Of a stretch of DNA of 34,057 bases, positions 8,718-17,619 are shown one piece after another. Every line of letters starts with the position of its first letter. Position 1 is the stretch's first letter. The DNA comes from Trueperaceae bacterium. GTDB taxonomy: Bacteria > Deinococcota > Deinococci > Deinococcales > Trueperaceae. Under the pieces are notes generated by a model. The model was not told where the DNA came from, searched no databases, and worked only from the letters and a program-made list of their open reading frames with translations. The position numbers and the translations under genes are program-made. The stretch lies in NCBI GenBank assembly GCA_040905465.1, contig JBBDRK010000049.1, positions 256,256-290,312 of the forward strand, read 5' to 3'.

Positions 8718-9943
8718 TGTCCGCTCCGCCCACGAAACGGAACAAGGCGCGGAACGCGTCAGGGAGCGAGCCGCGCACGGCCGACCGGCCCACGGCAAGG
8801 ACCGCTTCACGTCGCGCGCCCGCTTCGCAGATGGCGACCCGCATCGCGTTCACGGTCATCATCCTGTTCGTGTTGGCACAGGTCGGCTGGTGGCTGATCT
8901 TCCAGGAGCGTTACCTTTCCAGCGTGACGAGCGAGAGGCTGGAGTCGTGGCAGCGCGACGCACTAACCGCCACAACCGCTCTGCGCCTCGCCGAGAACGA
9001 TCCGGCGGTTCGAGGCGAGTTGGCCGAGCGCTACCCGCATCTGCGGCTGCAGGGCGACGACTTCGTGATAGACGGCGACGCGCGGGCAGAGTTCGTTCGC
9101 TCTCAGCGCGGTTTCATGCGCATGTTTGCGTTCGAGGTGCCGTTCTTCGCTCTGGTGATCCTGTTGAGCCTCGTTTTCATCGCCGCCAGCCTGCGCAGCG
9201 AGCGGGAGCTCAAGCGCCGCCAGCAAAACTTCATGTCGGCAGTGACGCACGAGTTCAAGACCCCCATCAGCACGCTGCGGCTGCTGATCGAGACGGCGCT
9301 GCTCAGGCCGCTTCCTGCCGAGAAGTTGCGCGAGTACCTTCAGCGGATGACGGCGGAAGTCGCCCGCCTGGAACGGACATCGGACCAGGTGCTCGCCAGT
9401 GCCCGGCTCGAACAGTCACCCGAGGCGCGGCTGCTCGAGCCGCACGACCTCGCGACACTGGTGCGGAGCGTGGTGGCCAGCCAGCGCCAGGGGCTGGAGG
9501 CTCGCGGCGCGGTCATCGAGATTTCTACACCGGCAGAGCCCCTGCCGGTGTCCGTAGACGAGGACGCCTTCGCGATGGTGCTCGGCAACCTGCTGGACAA
9601 CGCAGTCAAGTACAGCCCGGAGGAGCGCAAGCCGGTAACGGTACGAATGGAACAGAGCGGTGATTTGGCGCTGCTGCATGTCGAGGACGAGGGAATCGGG
9701 ATCAACCCGGGGGAGCAGACAAGGGTGTTCGACCGCTTCTATCGCTCGGGCGACGAGATGACCCGGGAGTCCTCCGGCATGGGCCTGGGGCTGCATCTGG
9801 TAAGGAGCACGGTGGAAGCCATGAACGGCTGGGTGCGTTGCGGCAATCGCGAGGAGGGTCGGGGGGCGCGCTTCACGGTAGTGCTGCCACAACGACTCGC
9901 GCCGGCGCCAGCTCCCGGTCGGCAGGAAGCGACGAAAGCTTGA
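8717..9943 (+). CDS. Membrane sensor histidine kinase (two TM helices, HisKA and HATPase domains)
   Basis: GTG overlaps hemB TAG (start uncertain: 8702, 8717 or 8831); H-box VTHEFKTP, NLLDNAVKYS, DEGIG, FDRFYR, GMGLGL. Confidence 0.9.
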   Translation: MSAPPTKRNKARNASGSEPRTADRPTARTASRRAPASQMATRIAFTVIILFVLAQVGWWLIFQERYLSSVTSERLESWQRDALTATTALRLAENDPAVRGELAERYPHLRLQGDDFVIDGDARAEFVRSQRGFMRMFAFEVPFFALVILLSLVFIAASLRSERELKRRQQNFMSAVTHEFKTPISTLRLLIETALLRPLPAEKLREYLQRMTAEVARLERTSDQVLASARLEQSPEARLLEPHDLATLVRSVVASQRQGLEARGAVIEISTPAEPLPVSVDEDAFAMVLGNLLDNAVKYSPEERKPVTVRMEQSGDLALLHVEDEGIGINPGEQTRVFDRFYRSGDEMTRESSGMGLGLHLVRSTVEAMNGWVRCGNREEGRGARFTVVLPQRLAPAPAPGRQEATKA

Positions 9944-10695
9944 TGGCGGCGGGCGGCAAGGAGGCGGCCAGGTTCGCGGGGAACGAAACGGGCGCAAGCG
10001 TCCTGGTGATCGAAGACGAGGCCACGCTGGCGGAGGTGCTAGCCGACAACCTGGTCGACGAAGGTTACCGGGTCGAAGTCGCCCGCGACGGGCTCGCCGG
10101 TCAGGCGGTCTGGCGCGACCGCCAGCCTGACCTGGTGGTACTGGACGTCATGCTCCCCGGGCTCAACGGCTACGAGCTGTGCGAGTCGATGCGCCGCGAC
10201 GGCGACTCCACACCGGTGCTGTTCCTGTCGGCGCGAGGCCAGGCCGACGACCGGGTGCGGGGCCTGCAGGCGGGCGGCGACGACTATCTGCCCAAGCCGT
10301 TCCACCTGCCGGAGTTCCTGCTGCGCGTCAGCAACATGCTGCGCCGCCGCGGTTGGGGCAGCGCCCGGGAATCGGAGCTGGCCTTCGGCGGACACCGCGT
10401 CGACCTCCGTGGTTGGACGGCCGAGCTGGCCGACGGCAGGCGCGAGCTGCTGGGCGAGCGGGAGCTGGCGATCCTGCGGCTGCTGGCGCGCCGGCCGGGA
10501 GCGGTGGTGAGCCGCGACGATATCCTCGATGAGGTCTGGGGCGACGACGCCTTCCCGTCGAGCCGCACCGTGGACAACTTCGTCGTACGCCTGCGCAAGC
10601 TGTTCGAGCCGGACCCGGCAGAACCTATCTACTTTCACACCGTCTGGGGGGTGGGCTACCGCTTCACCCCTGATGGAGAGGAGACAACAGCGTGA
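9943..10695 (+). CDS. OmpR/PhoB-family response regulator
   Basis: TGATG overlap with the kinase; IEDE, LDVMLP, KPF receiver motifs; winged helix SRTVDNFVVRLRK...TVWGVGYRF. Confidence 0.93.
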   Translation: MAAGGKEAARFAGNETGASVLVIEDEATLAEVLADNLVDEGYRVEVARDGLAGQAVWRDRQPDLVVLDVMLPGLNGYELCESMRRDGDSTPVLFLSARGQADDRVRGLQAGGDDYLPKPFHLPEFLLRVSNMLRRRGWGSARESELAFGGHRVDLRGWTAELADGRRELLGERELAILRLLARRPGAVVSRDDILDEVWGDDAFPSSRTVDNFVVRLRKLFEPDPAEPIYFHTVWGVGYRFTPDGEETTA

Positions 10696-11825
10696 GCCTG
10701 TTCCTGCGCGCCCTCAGCGGCGAAGACACCGCAACGGCACCGATCTGGGTGATGCGCCAGGCCGGCCGCCACCTGCCCGAGTACCGGGCGCTGAAGGAGA
10801 AGCACACCTTCTGGGAGCTCGCCCGTACGCCCGAGCTGGCCGCCGAGGTCACCCTGCAGCCGGTGCGGCGCTACGCCATGGACGCCGCGATCCTCTTTTC
10901 CGACATAATGACGCCCTTGCCCGCCATGGGCATGGCGATCGACTTCCAGCCCGGGCCGGTGTTCGAAGAGCCGATACGCGACCCACGCCAGGTGGAGCGT
11001 CTGCGCATCCCGCACCAGGACGAGATCGCACCGTTCGTGGCAGACGCACTGCGGCTGATCCGACGGGCCTCGAAGGTGCCGGTCATCGGCTTCGCCGGCG
11101 CGCCGCTCACCTTGGCGACCTATGCGATCCAGGGCGGCGGCTCCAAGGACTACGCCGAGTTCCGGGCGTTCCTGCGGCAGGAGCCGGTGGCCGCGCACGC
11201 CCTGCTCGACCGCCTTACCGAGGTGACCATCCGCTACCTGTCGTTGCAGATTGCGGCCGGCGCCCAGGCGGTGCAGTTGTTCGACTCCTGGGCGGGCCTG
11301 CACGACGCGCGCTCCTACGCGGAGTTCGGCCTGCCTTACGCCCGCAGGGTGCTGGAGGCGCTGGCGGAGTACAGGATCGCCCGTATCTACCTGGCGGTCG
11401 ACGCCGCGCATCTCTACGAAGAGATCGCCCGGTTACCGGCCGAGGGGGTGAGCGTGGACTGGCGCTTGCCGCTGTCGACGGTGCGCGAGCGGCTGCCCGG
11501 CAAGGCGCTGCAGGGCAACCTGGACCCCGCCCTTCTGCTTGCCCCACCCAAAGTGCTGGTTGCAGAGGCGGAGCGGGTGTTGCGTGCCGGCCTGGGCGGG
11601 CCGCACGTCTTCAACCTCGGTCACGGTATCTTGCCGCAGACCGACCCCGGCGCGGTAGGGCTGCTGATAGACACGGTAAAGGCGTTCGACCGAAGCGCCG
11701 AGCAAGCCGCCGTGCACGACGCGCCTGTTCACAGAGGCTTGCGGCCGATCGGCTCATCGGTATTTCTCGACGGCCTGGAAGTCGAGCCTGCGGGTCCCGG
11801 AGGCGAGCGGGAAGACGAGTCGTGA
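10692..11825 (+). CDS. hemE: Uroporphyrinogen decarboxylase
   Basis: PIWVMRQAGRHLPEY, AILFSDIM, GFAGAPLTLATY, QGNLDP, FNLGHGI; low-conservation C-terminal tail. Confidence 0.96.
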   Translation: MSLFLRALSGEDTATAPIWVMRQAGRHLPEYRALKEKHTFWELARTPELAAEVTLQPVRRYAMDAAILFSDIMTPLPAMGMAIDFQPGPVFEEPIRDPRQVERLRIPHQDEIAPFVADALRLIRRASKVPVIGFAGAPLTLATYAIQGGGSKDYAEFRAFLRQEPVAAHALLDRLTEVTIRYLSLQIAAGAQAVQLFDSWAGLHDARSYAEFGLPYARRVLEALAEYRIARIYLAVDAAHLYEEIARLPAEGVSVDWRLPLSTVRERLPGKALQGNLDPALLLAPPKVLVAEAERVLRAGLGGPHVFNLGHGILPQTDPGAVGLLIDTVKAFDRSAEQAAVHDAPVHRGLRPIGSSVFLDGLEVEPAGPGGEREDES

Positions 11826-12799
11826 CGGGTCGGCGCGAGCAGGTGACCGAGGCGCTGCAACTGGGCCAGAGCCGGCTGATGGAGGCGTTCGAGGGGATCG
11901 ACGGCGAAGGCCGCTTCCGGGAACACGACTGGCAGCGGCCGGGAGGAGGCGGGGGCCGGGCGCGCATCCTGGAGGGCGGCGCCGTTTTCGAGAAGGCCGG
12001 TGTCAACATGAGCGCCGTGCACGGGGAGCGGGTGCCGCCGTCGCTGGCCAGGCAACATCCCGAGGCCGAGGGAAAGCCGTTCTTTGCCACCGGAGTCTCG
12101 CTGGTTCTGCACCCGCGCAATCCGTACGTGCCGGCCTTCCACGCCAACTTCCGCTACTTCGAGGTGGGGGGCAGCGAGGATGAAGGTGATCTCTGGTGGT
12201 TCGGCGGGGGCGCTGACATGACACCGAACTACCCGTCCGAAGCGGATCCGGCGCACTTCCACCTCACTCTCAAGGCGTTATGCGACCGGCACCCGCAAGC
12301 CGACTATCGGACCTTCAAGGAGACCTGCGACGAGTACTTCACGATTCGCCACCGCCAGGAAATGAGAGGCGTGGGCGGCATCTTCTTCGACGAGCTGTCG
12401 CCTCCCGGCCGCGGTTCGTTCGAGGCCGACCTGGGATTCACGGCCGACGGGCTGGCAAGCCTGATCCCGGCATACCTGCCGATCGTGGAGCGGCGGATGG
12501 ACGCGCCTTACGGCGAGCGCGAACGGGAGTGGCAGCTCTACCGGCGCGGCCGCTACGTCGAGTTCAACCTCGTCTACGACCGCGGCACCCTGTTCGGACT
12601 GCAGACGCAGGGGAACATAGAGGCGATCCTGATGAGCATGCCTCCCTACGCCCGCTGGGAGTTCGACTACCAGCCGGCCGCGGGAACCCCGGAAGCCCGG
12701 ATGCTCGAGTTGCTGCAGCCGCGCGACTGGGTGGGCTCGGCCGAAGGCATCGGCAGCGGCATGGAGAGTACCGCCGCCGCAGGGAGTTCAGGCGAGTGA
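11822..12799 (+). CDS. hemF: Oxygen-dependent coproporphyrinogen III oxidase
   Basis: GTGA overlap with hemE; FEKAGVN, GVSLVLHPRNPYVP, WWFGGGADMTP, RRGRYVEFNLVYDRGTLFGL. Confidence 0.95.
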   Translation: MTGRREQVTEALQLGQSRLMEAFEGIDGEGRFREHDWQRPGGGGGRARILEGGAVFEKAGVNMSAVHGERVPPSLARQHPEAEGKPFFATGVSLVLHPRNPYVPAFHANFRYFEVGGSEDEGDLWWFGGGADMTPNYPSEADPAHFHLTLKALCDRHPQADYRTFKETCDEYFTIRHRQEMRGVGGIFFDELSPPGRGSFEADLGFTADGLASLIPAYLPIVERRMDAPYGEREREWQLYRRGRYVEFNLVYDRGTLFGLQTQGNIEAILMSMPPYARWEFDYQPAAGTPEARMLELLQPRDWVGSAEGIGSGMESTAAAGSSGE

Positions 12800-13551
12800 A
12801 CGATCGGGTGGCGATAGTAACCGGCGCCAGTCGCGCCTCCGGGATCGGCGCGGCGATAGCCCGTGAGCTGGCGGTCGCTGGCTGGAACCTTCTGCTGACC
12901 GGTTGGGCCAGCTACGACGTCGAGCAGGGCCTGGCGACCGTCGGCTCGAGCCACCTGGCGGATCCGGCAATGATGGAGGAGCTTCGTGGCCTCGGCGTCG
13001 CCGCCGACGTGCTGGAGTGCGACCTGGCCGACCCGCAGTCGCCCGATCGGGTGCTGGAAGCGGCCGAGCGCCTGGGCCCGGTTACCGGACTGGTGAACAA
13101 CGCGACCCACTCGGAGCGGACTGCGCTCGACCAGCTCGACGCAGAGACTCTCGACCGGCACTACGCCATCAACCTGCGCGCCCCGGCGCTCCTGTCGCGG
13201 TCCTTCGCGAATCGCTTGCATGGCGGCTCCGGCCGCATTGTCAATCTCACCTCCGGGCAGGGCCTCACGCCGATGCCGGGCGAGCTGGCCTACGCGGCGA
13301 CCAAGGGCGGCCTGGAAGCATTCACCAGCAGCCTGGCTGCCGCACTGGCGCCGCGCGGCATAACCGTCAACGCCATCGACCCCGGCGCCACCGACACCGG
13401 CTGGATGAGCGACGAGCAAAGGCGGATGCTGGCTGCGCCCATGGGCCGGCTGGGCGAACCCCGGGACGCCGCCCGGCTGGTGCGCTTCCTCATGTCGCCC
13501 GAGGCCGGCTGGATAACCGGTCAGGTAATCCGTTCACGCGGCGGGCTATGA
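12796..13551 (+). CDS. Short-chain dehydrogenase/reductase
   Basis: GTGA overlap with hemF; TGASRASGIG, LVNNA, catalytic YAATK, VNAIDPG, WITGQ. Confidence 0.9.
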   Translation: MNDRVAIVTGASRASGIGAAIARELAVAGWNLLLTGWASYDVEQGLATVGSSHLADPAMMEELRGLGVAADVLECDLADPQSPDRVLEAAERLGPVTGLVNNATHSERTALDQLDAETLDRHYAINLRAPALLSRSFANRLHGGSGRIVNLTSGQGLTPMPGELAYAATKGGLEAFTSSLAAALAPRGITVNAIDPGATDTGWMSDEQRRMLAAPMGRLGEPRDAARLVRFLMSPEAGWITGQVIRSRGGL

Positions 13552-13684
13552 CTATCGCCGCGCTCGCGACCTACAAGAGTTCTCATAGTCTACGAAGAGG
13601 CATCATGGTCGATGTACACGGCTTCAGGGACCGCAAGTCGGCAGCCGCTGGGCTTGACAAACCAGCCCGCGGTACGATTCGAGC

Positions 13685-14809
13685 ATGAGTTCACCGACCG
13701 GAATCGCGATGATGAACCTCGGCGGGCCGAAGAGCCTCGACGAGGTCCAGCCGTTTCTGCTGGAACTGTTCGCCGACCGGGAAATAATCCAGTTGCCGAT
13801 GCAGGACTGGATGGGGCCGTACATAGCCCGCCGCCGGACCAAGGGCGTGCAGCAGAACTATCAGGACATCGGCGGCGGCTCGCCGATCCTCCAATGGACT
13901 GAGGAACAGGGTCGCGGGATGTGCGAGCGGCTCGACGTGCTGTCACCCGATACCGCCCCCCACAAGTTCTACGTTGCGTTCCGCTATGTCGAGCCCAAGA
14001 GCGAAGACGCCCTGCGCGCGATGCAGCGCGACGGCGTCAAGCGAGCGGTGGCGTTTACCCAGTACCCGCAGTTCTCCTGCTCCACCACCGGCAGTTCGCT
14101 GAACGAGTTGTGGCGGGCCGCCCGCCGGCTCGACCTGCACGACCACTTCGACTGGAGCGTCGTCGACCGCTGGCCGACCCATCCGCGCTTCATCGAGGCA
14201 ATGACGGAAACGGTGAGGCAGGGGCTCGAGCAGTTCCCGGAGCCGGAGCGCGACGACGTGCTGATCCTCTTCAGCGCGCACTCGCTTCCCCTGGACGTGA
14301 TCAACCGCGGCGACGCCTATCCCCAGGAGGTCGGCGCCAGCGTCCACGAGGTGATGAAGCGGCTCGACTTCTCGCACGAGTACCTGCTCAGCTACCAGTC
14401 GGACGTCGGTCCGGTCCCGTGGCTGGGCCCGTCGACCGAGTCGGTCATCGAGCACCTCGGCGAGAAGAAGCGCCGGAACGTCCTGGTAGTGGGGATCGCC
14501 TTCACCAGCGACCACATCGAGACGCTTCACGAGCTCGACATCGAGTACGGCGAGCTGGCGCACGAGTCCGGGATCAGCAACTACAAGCGCGCGCCGGCAC
14601 TCAACGGCCTGCCGCTGTTCCAGGACGCGCTGGCGGAGATCGTGGCTAGCCACCTGGAAAGTGGCGAGGCCTGCTCGAGCCAGTACGGGCTGCGCTGCCC
14701 CGGTTGCGTGAACCCGCAGTGCCGCAACATCTTGAATCCCGTGGCGCCCTTCCGCCGCACCAACGTGAGCATCTCGAAGGAAAGCAGGAAGTACGCGGCC
14801 GCCAAATAG
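13685..14809 (+). CDS. hemH: Ferrochelatase, eukaryotic-like with predicted [2Fe-2S] cluster
   Basis: NLGGP, IGGGSP, FSAHSLP (H199), QSDVGPVPWLGP, FTSDHIETL (E279); Cys132 plus C-terminal CPGCVNPQC. Confidence 0.96.
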   Translation: MSSPTGIAMMNLGGPKSLDEVQPFLLELFADREIIQLPMQDWMGPYIARRRTKGVQQNYQDIGGGSPILQWTEEQGRGMCERLDVLSPDTAPHKFYVAFRYVEPKSEDALRAMQRDGVKRAVAFTQYPQFSCSTTGSSLNELWRAARRLDLHDHFDWSVVDRWPTHPRFIEAMTETVRQGLEQFPEPERDDVLILFSAHSLPLDVINRGDAYPQEVGASVHEVMKRLDFSHEYLLSYQSDVGPVPWLGPSTESVIEHLGEKKRRNVLVVGIAFTSDHIETLHELDIEYGELAHESGISNYKRAPALNGLPLFQDALAEIVASHLESGEACSSQYGLRCPGCVNPQCRNILNPVAPFRRTNVSISKESRKYAAAK

Positions 14810-14831
14810 GCCGGGGTCGAGATGACAAGTC

Positions 14832-14858
14832 GAGAGGCGCTGCAGCGCAGCGCCTCTC
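14832..14858. terminator. Hairpin between convergent hemH and the NHL-protein gene
   Basis: GAGAGGCGCTGC / GCAGCGCCTCTC inverted repeat. Confidence 0.55.
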
Positions 14859-14877
14859 CCTGCTTCTCGTTCCTGAG

Positions 14878-16704
14878 CTACCGGCCTTGCGGCAGCGACT
14901 CGAAGATCAGGTACCTGGCGTTGTACCCGTCGGCGATGACGAGGAGCCCACCGTCGAGGTGGACGCCTGCCGGGGCGTACAGCATATGCTTTCCGACCTC
15001 TTCTCCGTAGGAGTAATTGCAGTAGCCATAGTCGACCGACGTGGAGTTCTCTATGGTGCAGAAGAGGTCGCCTTGTCCCAACGCGTAGTCCGCAGGGGCT
15101 CCGTTGGATTCCGGGATCACGTCCCAAACGAGCATGCGATTGTTGTAGGTGTCGGCAACGAACAACTGGTTTCCGTTCGAGGCAAGGTAAGTGGGGAAGT
15201 TGAGCCGGTACTCGCCTGCGCCGGCACCGCCTGTATCGAACCGGTCCTGCCCCACGACAACGTCGGCCGAAGCGAAATCGGTTGACGGGAAGCCGTGCCA
15301 GCTCAGCACTCGATTGTTCCCGGAGTCGGCGACGATCAAGCGGTTTCCGTCGGCCCAGGCGTCGATCGGGTTCCTCAGAGTGGCTTGGCCCGGCCCGCCC
15401 CCGCCATTCTCCTCGCAACTCTCGAAATCGCGTTGACCTATGACCATGTCCGCGGGAACCCCGTGCTCGGATGGAATGCTATTCCAGACGAGGACACGAT
15501 TGTTGCCGCTGTCGACCACGATCAATCTGCCGTCTGCCATCACAACGCTCGCCGGCGAATCGAGGCGCCCTCGTCCGCATGCGGGAGTCGAGTGGCCGAA
15601 GTCGGCCTGTCCCACCACTACGTCCGCTACCTCGTTGTCGACCGGCACACGGTTCCATATAAGTACGCGGCTGTTACCACCATCGGCCAGCGCCAACATC
15701 CCATCGGCTATCGACACGCTGCCGGGCCTGCTTAAATCGTTTGCCCCGTTACCCGGGGTTGGGAACGTTCCAAAGTCATCCTGGCCTATGGCGAAGGTAG
15801 CGCTGGCGCCATCACTGCTCGGCTCGGGGTCGAAGACGAGTACCCGGTGGTTGTACATATCGGGCAGATACAATGCTCCCCCGTCTGAAACCGGGTTACC
15901 GAAGAGCGGCGTCTCGAACTGGTTGTCGCCGTAGCCGGACATGAAGTAGTTCCAACTGTGGTTGTACTTGCCGATGTACGTCTTTGCCGACTGCCCGGTT
16001 TCGAGCCTGAAGTAGGGGTAGCTGACGCCGAGGGACGCGGACCCCTCCTTGCCCGCTTCGTTCCTGGCCACGACCTCGAGCCGGTTGTCATCGTTGTCGC
16101 GGAGCTCGACTTCGACACCGAACCCGGTCTGATCCCAAAGGAGGGGGGGAAGTTCGATTCCGTTGTGCCTGACGGTCACTTCAGTTATGGTGGCGCCGCT
16201 CGAAAGCGTGCCGGAGAGAACGACGGTGCGAGGCCCAAAAACCTGCTGCCCGTCTTGGTGCGACACCACCTCGACCGAAACGATCGGGTCGGGCTGGGTG
16301 GTGAACGACCAACTGTGGGTGAAGTCGCGCGGCGGCTGGCCGCGGCCGCGGCTCAGTTCGCTGGCGTCTACGGTGGCACTGTATTCAGTGCCGTAGCTCA
16401 GGAACTGCGCGGGCACGAAGGTAACGGCTCGGCCGTCCTCCGACAGCGTGACCTCGCCTTCGACCGCGGTCCCATCGGGCTCCGCCAGGTTGAGCATATC
16501 CTCCGGGGAGTCGGATCTGACCTCACCGTTGAACGTGACTCGCACGTGGGCGTCGACTGCGACATCGGCCTCGCCACTCGCTGGCGCTACCGAGGTAATT
16601 CGGCCGGTCGGACCGGCCAAGGCCGACACGTCCGATTCGGACGGGACGGAGCAGGCGACGAGGACCAGCGCTGAGAAGAAGGTGATGACGAATAGTCTGC
16701 GCAT
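14878..16704 (-). CDS. Lipoprotein with Ig-like (Big_5-type) domain(s) and NHL-repeat beta-propeller
   Basis: AGGAGG then MRRLFVITFFSALVLVAC lipobox; VTFNGEV...TFVPAQFLSYGTEY; repeated (A/V)DxxNNRVL(I/V)W...AD(V/M)V(V/I)GQ units. Confidence 0.82.
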   Translation of the reverse strand: MRRLFVITFFSALVLVACSVPSESDVSALAGPTGRITSVAPASGEADVAVDAHVRVTFNGEVRSDSPEDMLNLAEPDGTAVEGEVTLSEDGRAVTFVPAQFLSYGTEYSATVDASELSRGRGQPPRDFTHSWSFTTQPDPIVSVEVVSHQDGQQVFGPRTVVLSGTLSSGATITEVTVRHNGIELPPLLWDQTGFGVEVELRDNDDNRLEVVARNEAGKEGSASLGVSYPYFRLETGQSAKTYIGKYNHSWNYFMSGYGDNQFETPLFGNPVSDGGALYLPDMYNHRVLVFDPEPSSDGASATFAIGQDDFGTFPTPGNGANDLSRPGSVSIADGMLALADGGNSRVLIWNRVPVDNEVADVVVGQADFGHSTPACGRGRLDSPASVVMADGRLIVVDSGNNRVLVWNSIPSEHGVPADMVIGQRDFESCEENGGGGPGQATLRNPIDAWADGNRLIVADSGNNRVLSWHGFPSTDFASADVVVGQDRFDTGGAGAGEYRLNFPTYLASNGNQLFVADTYNNRMLVWDVIPESNGAPADYALGQGDLFCTIENSTSVDYGYCNYSYGEEVGKHMLYAPAGVHLDGGLLVIADGYNARYLIFESLPQGR

Positions 16705-16868
16705 TGGACCCTCCTGGAGCCGACTACGGCCCCAGCTGAATGGTAGGGGGCGCCAATGCACCGGACATATGTCATTTCCCTCACCGCTCGTTCACAAATG
16801 CGCTTAGTGTTTCGAAGCACCGTTCAGCACGTCCTTCGGCCGCCTTCCCCCAATTGGGGGTGTGCCGG

Positions 16869-17191
16869 TCAGGCGATCGCTGGGAGTGGTTCGGGAGGAT
16901 CGAAGCTCGATTCGGCTTCGACCGACCGCTCCAGCTCGATCGAGCGGGCAGTGGCCTCCAGCACTTCCACCACATGGGCCGCCTGCTCCCCGGTCACCCG
17001 GTGCGGTCGCTCCTCCAGCATCGCTTCGATCATCTCCTGCACCCCACGGCTCCAGGTCGGCGACGCCGATAAGGTCTGCGCTTTGGTACGCCGGCAGGCT
17101 GGTTGGCGTACGGACCGGCGATTTTTCCGCAGCCGACGATGGCTACGCCTACCCGCTCGCCGTCTGTTCGCTCAGGCTTCTGCTGTTTCAT
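16869..17191 (-). pseudogene. Frameshifted, internally deleted Gfo/Idh/MocA-family oxidoreductase remnant
   Basis: AGGAG + ATG; frame A MKQQKPERTDGERVGVAIVGCGKIAGPYA; frame B TSLPAYQSADLIGVADLE; frame C WSRGVQEMIEAMLEERPHRVTGEQAAHVVEVL...FDPPEPLPAIA-stop. Confidence 0.7.
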
Positions 17192-17619
17192 CGGCACGCT
17201 CCTGTGGAGGTAAACCAGGGTTGCGGCATCTTAGCGTTTCCTGAAGCCAGCGCATCGAAGCTAAGGGGCATACCTTCGAGCAGCGCGGCACGCTGCCGGC
17301 GTGAACGTTTCGACTTGAAAACCGCCATCGCGGTTCGACCGACACTGCGAGGTGACGCGGATTCGTGGCGATGGCGTCTATTACACTGTGAGGAGGTTCG
17401 CGGGCGGGGGCCCTGCTGGGACGGAAAGGACGATTCGTGACTCACGCTTTCGAACAGTTCGCCGCGGTACGGCTCCTGGCTATCTGACCGAGAGGCTGGT
17501 CGCAGACAGCGGCCGGAGGGTGGCGGAAGGGGCGACTGCCGATTGAAACACGGCAACGGCGGGCCACCGGAACGCCGGTCCCGGAATCCAGCGGATCCGA
17601 AGGGAGGAGCTGGCAGGCG

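Noticed and set aside
13577-13586. ATGAGAA(T/C)TC shared between the hemA upstream region (4781-4790) and, reversed, the hemH upstream region as a Fur-like box
   Set aside because: Half-site only, not palindromic, opposite orientations; could be chance
13654-13678. TTGACA...TACGAT as a canonical -35/-10 pair
   Set aside because: The spacer is only 13 bp; only the -10 element is retained as plausible
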